The translations under genes and the position numbers were made by a program. The notes under the pieces are model-generated. The model did not search any database, was not told where the DNA came from, and was given only the letters and a program-made list of their open reading frames with translations. From the NCBI GenBank assembly GCA_963706025.1, contig CAVPLM010000005.1, forward strand, positions 800,001-864,000: DNA of 64,000 nucleotides, given 5' to 3'. This document shows positions 10,722 through 20,802 of the stretch, in pieces (position 1 is the stretch's first letter; each line of letters starts with the position of its first letter). The stretch is from an uncultured Actinomycetes bacterium (GTDB taxonomy: Bacteria > Actinomycetota > Thermoleophilia > RBG-16-64-13).

Positions 10722-12785
10722 ATGCTACTCCCTCGCAGAGCGGGGACTGCCCTCTTCACCGGCGGTGGTTGGCTGCAACACCACCGCGAAGACCGGCGCC
10801 GCCGCGCTGGTGGTGGCGCCGGCGTGCCCCCACGGCACCCGAGGAACGCCGCTAGGCCGCCCGGCACCCGGGAGACCAGGTGCTGGTCCTCTCCGATCCC
10901 TGCCGGGTGCTGGTGGCGCAGACGGTCGACGAGGTGCCGGCGGTCCTGGACGAGATCGGGGCGGAGCAGGCCCGGGGTCGCTACGTCGCCGGCTACGTGG
11001 CCTACGAGGCGGGAGCCGCTTTCGGCCTGACCGTCAAGACTCCTGACTCTCTGCCCCTGGCATGGATGGCGGTATATCCAGCGGAAGCCGCGCGGCGGCT
11101 CTCTGAATCCGAGCGGAGCCATCTGTTCGAGGCCGTGGACACCTCCCGGGTGGCGCGGATGGTCGCCGCGACCGAGCCCAAGCTGAGCGTGTCCAAACAG
11201 GAGTTCGTCCAGGCGATAGACCGCATACGAGAGCTGATCGCCGCCGGCGACACCTACCAGGTCAACTACACCGTGCGCGCCCGCTTCGACCTCGACCTGG
11301 ACCCGCTCGACTACTTCCTGGCCCTGGTACTCAGGCAGGCCGTCCCTTACGCCGCCTTCCTCGACCTGGGCGACGCCCAGGTCCTCAGCCTCTCCCCCGA
11401 GCTCTTTCTGAGGCGGAAGGACAGGCTGATCGAGAGCAGGCCCATGAAGGGAACGCGACCTAGGAGAGACAGCCCGGCCGCCGACGCCGCTCTCGCCCAA
11501 GAGCTGATCCGCTCGGAGAAGGACCGAGCCGAGAACCTGATGATCGTCGACATGGTGCGCAACGACCTGGGCAGGGTGAGCCGGGCCGGCAGCGTCCGCG
11601 TACCCGCCCTCTACTCGGTGGAGCCCTACCGCACCGTCTGGCAGATGGCGAGCACCGTCACCGGCCAGGCGCGCCGGGAAGCCACGCCGGGTCAGATCAT
11701 GGCGGCCACCTTCCCCGGTGCGTCCATCACCGGCGCCCCCAAGCATCACACCATGGAGATCATCGCGGAGCTCGAGACCGAGCCCCGAGGCGTCTACACC
11801 GGGACAGTGGGTCTGTTCCTTCCCGGCGGCGACTTCACCTGCAATCTGGCCATCCGCACCCTCGTCCACCGTAGTGGCTCCTATCGGCTGGGCGTCGGAG
11901 CCGGCATGGTTTGGGACTCCGACCCTGAGGAGGAGTACGAGGAGACGCTGACCAAAGCGGCCTTCGCCCTGCCGCCGGCCGGGAGCCGGTGGGAACCGCT
12001 CCCGCCGGCCGAGCGGGTCCGGGCCGACTCCATCGGACTGTTCGAAACCCTGCTGCTGGAGGAGGCGGAGGGGGAGGCGGACGTGGCCGAGCGCCGGGCT
12101 GGGCGGCGCCGCACAGACTGTAGGCCGGGCGCCGGCGCGCGCGGAACCATCGCCCGGAGGCACGGGACTCCCGGTCCTTTCCCGCTACCGCTACCTCACC
12201 GAGCATCTCGACCGTCTGGCGGCCTCGGCGCGGGCGCTGAGGCTGGTGTTCGACCGAGCCGACGCGGAAGAACGACTTTCCGAGCTGGCGCGCTCCAGCG
12301 AAGGGTCGGTCGTAGTCCGGTTGGACCTCGAGGCGGACGGCGCGCTCCACCTGGCTGTCCGCCTCGTGCCCGAAAAGCCGGCCGGGCCGGTGGCCCTCCT
12401 GGTCTCCCCTTTTCGCACCGACCCCCTCGAGCCGCTTCTCGCCCACAAGACCACCGCCCGGCACCTCTACGACCAGGAGCGGGAACGGGCTCAGGACTGC
12501 GGCTGCCAGGACGCACTCTTCCTCAACTACCTGGGCCGGCTCACTGAGGGCGCCGTCACCAACGTCTTTGTCCGCCAGGGCCAGGACTGGGCCACCCCGC
12601 CGCTGACGGACGGACTGCTGCCCGGTATCTGGCGGGCCGGCTTTCTTCGGGAGACTGGTGCGGAGGAGCGCTCGCTCTCGCTGGACGAGCTGTTCGGCGC
12701 TGATGAGATCGTCATCGGCAACTCGGTCCGCGGAGCGATGCGCGTGGACACCTTGGTGGTCAATTCGCTGGAGGGCGTGGCATGA
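10722..12785 (+). CDS. pabB: Fused aminodeoxychorismate synthase component I + ADC lyase (PabB-PabC), frameshifted
   Basis: GDTYQVN, SPELF, PMKGT, AENLMIVDMVRND, SITGAPK; then HKTTAR, LTEGAVTNVF, GLLPGI, NSVRG. Confidence 0.9.
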
Positions 12786-13153
12786 ACGAGGAAAGCTCCG
12801 ACCAGAGCCAAGGACTGCACGAGGTGGCCCGGGCGCTTGCTCCTTCAGGTTTGTTCGTCCTTGCCGACCACTTCGTGACTCCTCTTCAGCGGGTTTTCTT
12901 CTCGACTCCCGCGCGTAGGAAACGTTTCCACACTCCGCGAGAGATCGACGGGTTGCTGGGGGCAGCCGGCCTCACAGGCCAGACGTGGCGCGATATCTAC
13001 AGCATCGGTCCCCTCCTTCTCGTCACCGGGGTGACCGCCCGGAGGGCTCCCACGGGCGGGGCTACTAGGCGTAGAGCCGCCCAGGTGAGGGGCAACCGGC
13101 TGTCCAGGCTCGAGACAGCGCCGGATCCGTCGGATCTATACTCCCTGCCGTGA
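12782..13153 (+). pseudogene. C-terminal fragment of a class I SAM methyltransferase
   Basis: DQ..GLHEVARALAPSGLFVLAD resembles late class I MTase motifs; SAM-binding GxG motif absent. Confidence 0.55.
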
Positions 13154-13241
13154 ATGGCGTTCGGGGTCATCGTTATCTGAGGGAACCTCTCCTCCTGGTA
13201 ACGCGACCAAACGCCGAGTCTGCCCAACCGCTCACAGTGAG

Positions 13242-13673
13242 GTGAACATGCGCCGTAATCTCGGAACCGCTCTGACACTCGTAGTACTCCTCGCCCTAAC
13301 GACGGTCGTTACCGCCGGCTGCGGAGGCGATGAACAGGGGCTCGACGGAACCTCCTGGAGACTGCAGGGCTGGTCGGTCAGCTCCTTGTTCCCGGGTGAC
13401 TTCGAGATCACCGCCGCCTTCACCAGCGATCAGATCACCGGCACCGCCGCGGTCAACACCTACGGCGGGCCCTACACAGCCACCGCGGATGGCGAATTCG
13501 CCGTCGGAGATCTCGCTCGGACGTTGATGGCCGGGTCCGAGGAGGCCATGAGAGCCGAAGACACGTACTTCCAGCTGCTGGCGGAGGCCCAGACCTACGT
13601 GATCGACGGCGGCCAACTCATCCTGAGCGACGCAAACGGAAACCAGTTGCTGATATACGATCCCCAAGAGTGA
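13242..13673 (+). CDS. META/HslJ-domain lipoprotein
   Basis: Lipobox TAGC; LDGTSWRL, GTAAVNTYGGPY, TLMAG. Confidence 0.88.
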   Translation: MNMRRNLGTALTLVVLLALTTVVTAGCGGDEQGLDGTSWRLQGWSVSSLFPGDFEITAAFTSDQITGTAAVNTYGGPYTATADGEFAVGDLARTLMAGSEEAMRAEDTYFQLLAEAQTYVIDGGQLILSDANGNQLLIYDPQE

Positions 13674-13696
13674 CAGCCGTAGCCCCGCTCGATGTT

Positions 13697-13724
13697 TTGA
13701 CGGCGGGGAGGGCCCTGGTATGCT
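13697..13724 (+). promoter_or_regulatory. Sigma70-like promoter for the yihY-family gene
   Basis: TTGACG-N16-TATGCT with extended TG. Confidence 0.55.
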
Positions 13725-13759
13725 TTCTGAGAATTTGTTGCTGATCGTTATCAAGCGTC

Positions 13760-14815
13760 ATGCGTGGTGAGATGGGCAAAGCCCTCAGAAGCCTCGGCAG
13801 GGTGATCAAGAGACTCTTTCGTCCGCTCGCCCCCTTCGGCAGGCTGCTGAAGGAGGCGGTCGTAGGATTCATGACGCACAACGTCAGCCGCATGGCGGCC
13901 TCGATCGCCTATTTCGGCGCTTTCAGCCTCGCACCCATCCTGGTGATCGCGGTCACGCTGGCCTCCCTCGTCTTCGGCAAGGCGGCCAGCGAGGGATTGG
14001 TCTTCGACCGGCTCGCCGAAACCTTCGGGAAGGACATCGCCCGCTTCATCCAGTCCATGCTGGCGGCGATCTACAACAACAGCGGAGGCCTCACCGTGGC
14101 TACTGTGCTCGCGATCCTCCTACTCATGTGGGCGTCGACGCGCATCATAGGTTCCGTGCGGGGAGCCCTGAACGATATCTGGGGCGTTCCCGGGCACGGC
14201 GGCACCGGCTTCCTGGGCTTCGTCTTCGGAAAGCTTATTGACCTGGGTTTCGTACTTGTGATCGGAGTCATGTTCCTGGCGGCGATGCTCGCCAATACTG
14301 CCGTGAGCGCCCTCACCGAGTACTTCTCCGACCTCCTCCCCCTGCCGGGCTGGGTACTGCAGCTGATCGGGATCGTCTTCTCGCTGCTAGTGACCACGAT
14401 TTTCCTGACGGTCATCTTTCGCTTTCTCCCCAACATCAAGGTCCGTTTCGTCTACATCCTCATGGGGGCGTCGGTCACGGCCGTCCTTTTCAGCATCGGC
14501 AACTACGTGATCGGGCGCTATCTGGGGCGGACCAGTCCGGGGTCGACCTTCGGCGCGGCCGGCTCCCTGGCCGTGATACTGATCTGGATGTACTACTCGG
14601 CCAACATCGTCCTGTTCGGGGCGGAGGTCACCCGAGCCTATGCACGGCGAGGAAAGCTGCGAACAGCCCCGGAGGGCGCGGGCCAGTGCGGTTCCGGTGG
14701 AGCCTTGGACGAAGGCACAGCCCCGGCCCGACAAGCCGTGTCCGAAGGCATCCCGCCCGAAGCCAGAGACGATCCCCCTGAGGGGTCTAGCAGTCAGGCC
14801 GATCGCCCAGCTTGA
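13760..14815 (+). CDS. YihY/BrkB-family membrane protein
   Basis: AASIAYFGAFSLAP, FGAAGSLAVILIWMYYSANIVLFGAE; multiple TM segments. Confidence 0.92.
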   Translation: MRGEMGKALRSLGRVIKRLFRPLAPFGRLLKEAVVGFMTHNVSRMAASIAYFGAFSLAPILVIAVTLASLVFGKAASEGLVFDRLAETFGKDIARFIQSMLAAIYNNSGGLTVATVLAILLLMWASTRIIGSVRGALNDIWGVPGHGGTGFLGFVFGKLIDLGFVLVIGVMFLAAMLANTAVSALTEYFSDLLPLPGWVLQLIGIVFSLLVTTIFLTVIFRFLPNIKVRFVYILMGASVTAVLFSIGNYVIGRYLGRTSPGSTFGAAGSLAVILIWMYYSANIVLFGAEVTRAYARRGKLRTAPEGAGQCGSGGALDEGTAPARQAVSEGIPPEARDDPPEGSSSQADRPA

Positions 14816-17621
14816 GGCGTAGCACTCGGGGCAGCACCCCACCATGCTCGAAATACTCCACATCGACGCTCGAGTCGAGACGAGCCCGGCAGGCGAGCAT
14901 GAGGTCGTCGGCGGCCACATAGTGCACCGTCATCACCACGTTCGCCCCGGGAGCCAGCCCGGCGCCGATACCATCGACATCCACCGTCTCCGCGCCGTCC
15001 AGTCCCAGGCTCTCCACGGTCACACCCGGCTCCAGCTCCAGAGGCAGCACGCCCATCCCCACCAGGTTGCTGCGGTGGATGCGCTCGAAGCTCTCGGCTA
15101 TCACGGCACGAACCCCTAGCAGGGCGGTACCTTTGGCCGCCCAGTCGCGGGAACTGCCGGTGCCGTACTCCTTGCCGGCGAAGATCACCAGCGGCACCGA
15201 CTCGGCCCGGTAGCGCATGGCCGCGTCGTAGATCGACAGCAGCTCGCCCGAAGGATGGTGGATCGTCCAGCCTCCTTCGCGGCCGCCGGCCATGAGGTTG
15301 CGCAGGCGGACGTTGGCGAACGTGCCCCGCAGCAAGACCTCGTGGTTGCCGCGCCGGGCGCCGTACGTGTTGAAGTCGCACTGCTCGACTCCCTGCTCTT
15401 GCAGGTAACGGCCGGCCGGACTGTCCAGGGCGATCGATCCCGCCGGCGAAATGTGGTCGGTGGTGACCGAATCGCCGAGAATGCCCAGCAGCCGCGCGCC
15501 CCGGATGTCGCGCGGCGGCGCCGGCTCGGCGGTGAAGCCCTCGAAGAAGGGCGGCTCCCGAACGTACGTGGAATCGGGATCCCACTGGTAGAGTGCGCCC
15601 TTAGGCACGGTCATGAGGCGCCAGGCCTCGCTCCCTTCGAGCGCCGCCCGGTATTCCTCCAGAAACACCTCGGGGCGCAGGACGTCAGCGGTCAGCTCCG
15701 CCACCTCGCTCGCGGAAGGCCACAGATCGGCCAGGAACACCGGGCGGCCATCGGCCCGGACGCCTAGAGGCTCGCTGGTCAGGTCGATGTCCACCGTCCC
15801 GGCCAGGGCATAGGCCACCACCAGGGGCGGCGAAGCCAGGTAGTTGGCCCGCACCAGAGGATGGATGCGGGCCTCGAAGTTGCGGTTGCCGCTCAGCACG
15901 GCCGCGACCACCAGCTTGTCCTCGACGATCGCCCGCGACAGGGCCTCCGGCAGGGGCCCGCTGTTGCCGATGCAGGTGGCGCAGCCGTAGCCCACGGCCG
16001 CGAAGCCCAGGGTTTCCATCGGCTCCAGCAGCCCGGCCTCGGTCAGATAGCCGGTCACGGCCCGGGAGCCCGGAGCCATGCTGGTCCGCACCCAGCGAGG
16101 GGGGGTGAGACCCAGCTCGACCGCGTTCCGGGCCAGCAGGCCGGCTGCCAGCATCAGCGCCGGGTTGGAGGTGTTGGTGCAGCTCGTGATCGAGGCGATG
16201 ACGACGCTTCCGTCCGCGATCGTCTCCCGCTTCTCGTCCAGCTCCACTTTGGTCTTGACGATGTCGCTCCTGCCCTGACTGAGCGCGGGCAGATGCTTGT
16301 GAAAACCTTCCCTCACCTTCCCCAGCTGCACGCGCTCCTGCGGGCGCCGGGGGCCGGCCAGGCTCGGCCGGACCTCGGAGAGGTCGACCTCCGCCACCCA
16401 GGAGTATTCGGGGTCGGGTGAGCCCGGCTCGCGCCACAAGCCCTGGGCTCGACAGTACGCCTCGACCCGGGCGCAGACGTCTTCGGAACGCCCCGTCTGG
16501 CGCAGGTAGGCGACCGTCTCCCCGTCCACGGGGAAGAAACCGCAGGTGGCCCCGTACTCGGGAGCCATGTTGGCCACGGTCGCCCTGTCGGCCAGGCTCA
16601 GAGTCTCGGCACCGGGACCGAAATACTCCACGAAACGGCCGACCACGCCCAGACCGCGCAGCAGCTCGGTCACGGTAAGCACCAGATCGGTAGCCGTGGC
16701 CCCCTCCGGGAGCCGGCCGACCATCCGCACCCCCACCACCTGGGGGACCAGCATGAAGTACGGCTGTCCGAGCATGACCGCCTCGGCTTCGATGCCTCCC
16801 ACCCCCCAGCCGAGCACACCCAGACCGTTGATCATGGTGGTGTGAGAGTCGGTGCCGATGACGGTGTCGGGATACGCCCAGGGTAGGTCGCCGTTTGGCT
16901 CCCCGCCGGCCGGGGCGGCCCCGGCGGCGGCCGCGCGCGCGGCGCCGGCCCGCGCGGCGCCGGCTCCGCCGGCCCGCGCCGCCGCCTCATCCCGCCTCAC
17001 CACTTCCGCCAGAAACTCGAGATTGACCTGGTGGCAGATGCCCGTCCCGGGCGGCATGACCCGCAGATTGCCGAACTCACCCTGGGCCCAGCGCAGAAGG
17101 GAATAGCGCTCGGCGTTGCGGTCCATCTCCAGCCCCATGTTGATGCTGCAGGCGTCGGCCACGGCGCAACAGTCCACCTGCACCGAATGGTCGATGACCA
17201 GGTCCACCGGCACACTGGGATCGATGCTCTTCGGGTCTCCTCCGCTCCGCGCGACAGCCGAGCGAAGCGCGGCCAGGTCTACCACACAGGGCACCCCGGT
17301 GAAGTCCTGAAGCAACACCCTGCCGGGCATGAAGGCCAACTCCGGTCGCTCAGCCGCGGAGGCATCCCAGTCGAGGAGGGCCAGCACGTCCACCTCTTCC
17401 ACCGCTCCAAGACCGCAGTGGCGAGCGGCGTTCTCGAGAAGCACTCGGATGGAATAGGGGAGCCGCCCCAGGTCGCGCCCGGTCGTCCGAGCCAAGTACT
17501 GCAGGTCCGCCACCCGGGCAGCGCCGCCGGGTAGATCGAGCGTCCGCCAAGCCCCGAAAGGACCCTCGCCCCCCGATCGGTTTCCTTCCCGTGCCGGCGG
17601 GAAGCTGCCACTCAGCGCCAT
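14787..17621 (-). CDS. acnA: Aconitate hydratase A
   Basis: LQDFTGVP, DHSVQ, GTDSHT, SCTNTSNP, GCATCIGNSG, TTDHISPAG, GTGSSRDWAAKG. Confidence 0.97.
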   Translation of the reverse strand: MALSGSFPPAREGNRSGGEGPFGAWRTLDLPGGAARVADLQYLARTTGRDLGRLPYSIRVLLENAARHCGLGAVEEVDVLALLDWDASAAERPELAFMPGRVLLQDFTGVPCVVDLAALRSAVARSGGDPKSIDPSVPVDLVIDHSVQVDCCAVADACSINMGLEMDRNAERYSLLRWAQGEFGNLRVMPPGTGICHQVNLEFLAEVVRRDEAAARAGGAGAARAGAARAAAAGAAPAGGEPNGDLPWAYPDTVIGTDSHTTMINGLGVLGWGVGGIEAEAVMLGQPYFMLVPQVVGVRMVGRLPEGATATDLVLTVTELLRGLGVVGRFVEYFGPGAETLSLADRATVANMAPEYGATCGFFPVDGETVAYLRQTGRSEDVCARVEAYCRAQGLWREPGSPDPEYSWVAEVDLSEVRPSLAGPRRPQERVQLGKVREGFHKHLPALSQGRSDIVKTKVELDEKRETIADGSVVIASITSCTNTSNPALMLAAGLLARNAVELGLTPPRWVRTSMAPGSRAVTGYLTEAGLLEPMETLGFAAVGYGCATCIGNSGPLPEALSRAIVEDKLVVAAVLSGNRNFEARIHPLVRANYLASPPLVVAYALAGTVDIDLTSEPLGVRADGRPVFLADLWPSASEVAELTADVLRPEVFLEEYRAALEGSEAWRLMTVPKGALYQWDPDSTYVREPPFFEGFTAEPAPPRDIRGARLLGILGDSVTTDHISPAGSIALDSPAGRYLQEQGVEQCDFNTYGARRGNHEVLLRGTFANVRLRNLMAGGREGGWTIHHPSGELLSIYDAAMRYRAESVPLVIFAGKEYGTGSSRDWAAKGTALLGVRAVIAESFERIHRSNLVGMGVLPLELEPGVTVESLGLDGAETVDVDGIGAGLAPGANVVMTVHYVAADDLMLACRARLDSSVDVEYFEHGGVLPRVLRLKLGDRPDC

Positions 17622-17634
17622 CCCGGGCTCCTAG

Positions 17635-17796
17635 GAGCTCGTTTCAGAATGACGCTTTGCCGACAGGGTGCGATCGGCGCGAGTGAGGCGAGGACGCAGG
17701 GAGCGGTCGTAGCAGCGCTACGGGCGCGACTGAGGACGATGGATCGCTCTGCCCAACGCGGACGAGGCGGCCGAGACTTCATTCTGAAACGAGTTC
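17635..17796. mobile_element. Palindromic MITE-like element, copy 1 (162 bp)
   Basis: Terminal inverted repeats GAGCTCGTTTCAGAATGA / TCATTCTGAAACGAGTTC; related copies at 36820 and 42760. Confidence 0.85.
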
Positions 17797-19365
17797 TAAA
17801 GGTAGACCCGGTCGCCACGGGCGCCCCCGGCTTCCCTCTTAGTGGCCACGTTGTTGAGCGCCCTCACGTAGGCTTTGGCCGAAGCCTCCAGCACGTCGAT
17901 CGAGACCGCCTGCCCCGCATAGCGTTTGCCGTCGACCTCCACGACCACCCGCACCTCGCCCAGGGAGTCCTTGCCCGAGGTGATGGAGCGCACCTGGTAG
18001 TCCATCAGCCTGCCCGTCACCCCCACAGCGTCGTCGATGGCCAGGAAGATCGACTCCACCGATCCTCCGGAGAAGGCCTTGCCCGCTCGCTGCTCGCCCT
18101 GCTTGAGCACGCCGACCTGGCTGGAGGAGATGATGTCGGTGCCCGCCGAGACATACACGTGCTCGAGCGAGTACACGTCCTCGCGCTCGCGGAGCTCCTC
18201 GCCTACCAGGGCTTCCAGATCGGCCGTGGTGACTTCCTTCTTCTTGTCGGCGGTCTCCTTGAAGCGGCGGAAGACTTCGTCCAGCTCGGCCCCGTCCAGA
18301 TGGATGCCTATTTCGGCCAGATGTGAACGCAGCGCGTGGCGGCCGGAGTGCTTGCCCAGGACGATGTCGGAGTCGGCAAGTCCGATGTCCCGGGCGTGCA
18401 TGATCTCGTAGGTGGTGCGCTCCTTCAGCACCCCGTCCTGGTGGATGCCGGATTCATGTGCGAACGCGTTCTTGCCCACGACCGCCTTGTTGGCCTGCAC
18501 CATGTGGCCGGTGAAGCTCGAGACCATGCGGCTGGTGCGGGCGATCTCGGTGGTCACGATGTTGAACGGTCGCTGGATGATGTCCCGGCGGGTGACCAGG
18601 GCCATGGCGATCTCTTCCAGGGCGGCGTTGCCCGCCCGCTCGCCCAGGCCGTTCACGGCGACCTCCACCTGGGTGGCGCCTCGCTCCACCGCGGCCAAGG
18701 AATTGGCGACGGCCAGCCCCAGATCGTTGTGGCAGTGGACGCTCAATACCACGTTCTCCAGACCCGGTACCTTCTCGTACAGCTGGTCCATGAGCGCCGC
18801 GTACTCGGTGGGCAGGGCGTAGCCCACCGTGTCGGGCACGTTGATGGTGGTGGCCCCGGCCTCGATGGCGGTCGCCAGCACTTCGGCCAGGAAATCCACG
18901 TCGGAGCGGGTGGCGTCCATGGCCGAGAACTCCACGTCGTCCGGGCAGAGGCGATACGCACAGCTCCACCATCTCCTGGGTCAGCCGGATCACTTCCGCG
19001 CGACTCACGCGCATCTGATGCTCCAGATGGATGTCGGAGGTCGACACGAACGTGTGGATGCGCGGGCGCTCGGCGTCTTTGATGGCCTCCCAGCACGTGC
19101 GGATATCGCTCTCGGTGCAGCGGGCCAGGCCGCAGATGACGGCGCCCTTCACCTCGCGGGCGATCGTCTGCACGGCGGCGAAATCTCCGGGGCTGCTGGC
19201 CGGGAAGCCGGCTTCGATCACGTCTACGCCCAGGCGCACCAGCTGATGGGCGATCTCCAGCTTCTCCGACGCGTTCAGGCTGCTGCCCGGCGACTGCTCG
19301 CCGTCGCGCAGAGTGGTGTCGAAGAAGACGACGGGTACTCCTATGTTGCGGCGACTCGTGGACAT
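17796..19365 (-). CDS. leuA: 2-isopropylmalate synthase (frameshift near 18940-18960)
   Basis: [43 protein letters not shown]. Confidence 0.95.
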
Positions 19366-19368
19366 GGT

Positions 19369-19555
19369 CCTACCTCCTGGCTCTACTGAAGATGATAGCT
19401 GCTGAGATGCCGGATGGCGCCGGCTTCGCGAGTATCTCCCCCTAACGGGGGAGCAGGAGGAGGAGGCCAAGAACGAGAGCACGGCGAGCATCGTCACTCG
19501 GTGCGGTCGACCGGCGGGCGACGCGGCAAGCCTGGAATCCTGTTCTGCTCTCCAT
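19369..19555 (-). promoter_or_regulatory. LEU element (translational attenuator) with a 37-aa Leu-rich leader peptide at 19555..19442
   Basis: Leader [37 protein letters not shown]; Leu codons TCCTCCTCCTGCTC are complementary to the leuA RBS GAGCCAGGAGGTAGGA; TGcTAAACT just upstream of the leader ATG. Confidence 0.85.
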
Positions 19556-19620
19556 GGCAATCGAGTTTAGCAGGAGGTGCCGGGAAAAGGTACACTCGCG
19601 GCTCGCACCCGGGGGGAGCT

Positions 19621-20160
19621 ATGGCGCTGAAATTGCAGGGAAAGCAGGTATGTCTGCGGGCACTCGCCGCCGATGATCTGGGACCATTGGCGCAACTCCT
19701 GCAGGCTCCGGCCGTTGCGAGGTGGTGGGGCGCCTATGACGAGGATCGGCTGCGTCGAGAGCTCTTGGATGACCCCACAGCGGAGGCCTTCGCCGTGGAG
19801 GCAGAGGGCCGGCTGGTCGGCGTGGTGGATTTCCGCGAGCAGCAGGACCCCGACTACCACAACGCCGCCCTGGACATCTCGATAGGGGCGCCATATCAAA
19901 GACGAGGCCTGGGGTCCGACGCTTTCCGGACTCTCATCGCCTACCTCGTGGACGAGCGCGGGCACCACCGCCTCACGGTCGACCCCGCTGCCGATAATCT
20001 CGAGGCGATACGCTTCTATCACAAGCTCGGTTTCGAGCGAGTAGGGGTCATGCGATGCTACGAGCGCCTGCCCGGTGGAGGCTGGCGCGATGGTCTGCTG
20101 ATGGAGTTCATCGTGTGCGATAGTGAGCCCCAACCAAACGTGCCCGAGCGAGAGGAGTAG
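19621..20160 (+). CDS. GNAT N-acetyltransferase (RimJ/AAC(6')-like)
   Basis: VARWWG, QRRGLG, TVDPAADN.AIRFY.KLGF. Confidence 0.88.
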   Translation: MALKLQGKQVCLRALAADDLGPLAQLLQAPAVARWWGAYDEDRLRRELLDDPTAEAFAVEAEGRLVGVVDFREQQDPDYHNAALDISIGAPYQRRGLGSDAFRTLIAYLVDERGHHRLTVDPAADNLEAIRFYHKLGFERVGVMRCYERLPGGGWRDGLLMEFIVCDSEPQPNVPEREE

Positions 20161-20166
20161 ACCCAG

Positions 20167-20691
20167 TTGCACCATCAAGCAGACGCAGGCGAGACGCCGG
20201 CGATCCCCACTTTGGCAGCCGTGTGCGGCCTCTTCTGCGAGGCCTGCAGTATCTACATCGCCACCCGGGAAGATCCTGAGAGACTGGCGCTCCTGGCAGC
20301 GCGCTTCGGGCAGAGCGAGGAGGAAACGTACTGTGAGGGTTGCCGAGCCGGGAAGCGCATGGCCTACTGCCGTTCGTGCACCATGTTCGTTTGCGCCTCT
20401 GAGCGAGGCCTCGCCTTCTGCAGCGAGTGCGTGGAGTATCCCTGCAAGGACCTACTCGCCTTCGGCGCAGAGCGTCCACACCGGGCCGATATCGAGAAGG
20501 ACCTCGAGCAGATCGGGCAGATCGGGGCCGAGGCCTGGATGGACGAGATGCGCCGCCGGTACACGTGCCCCGAGTGCGGTACGATCAACTCCGCGTACGA
20601 TCTGAAGTGTCGCCGGTGCGGGCACGAACCAGGCAACGCCTTCGTGGATGAGCACCGCGAGGCCATCGTCGAACGGCTCTCCCAGCTTTGA
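20167..20691 (+). CDS. DUF3795-like Cys-rich metal-binding protein
   Basis: CGLFCEAC, CEGCR, C..C...C, FCSECVEYPC, CPECG...CRRCG; start uncertain. Confidence 0.8.
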   Translation: MHHQADAGETPAIPTLAAVCGLFCEACSIYIATREDPERLALLAARFGQSEEETYCEGCRAGKRMAYCRSCTMFVCASERGLAFCSECVEYPCKDLLAFGAERPHRADIEKDLEQIGQIGAEAWMDEMRRRYTCPECGTINSAYDLKCRRCGHEPGNAFVDEHREAIVERLSQL

Positions 20692-20802
20692 GACACTAAA
20701 CGCCCCGGCTTGCGGCATGGGCCGACCCGACGATAGACTCACCGGGGAAGTAACTAGGCACTCACGTCGTCGCCCACACGACCTCTTGCGAGGAGGCCTC
20801 CT

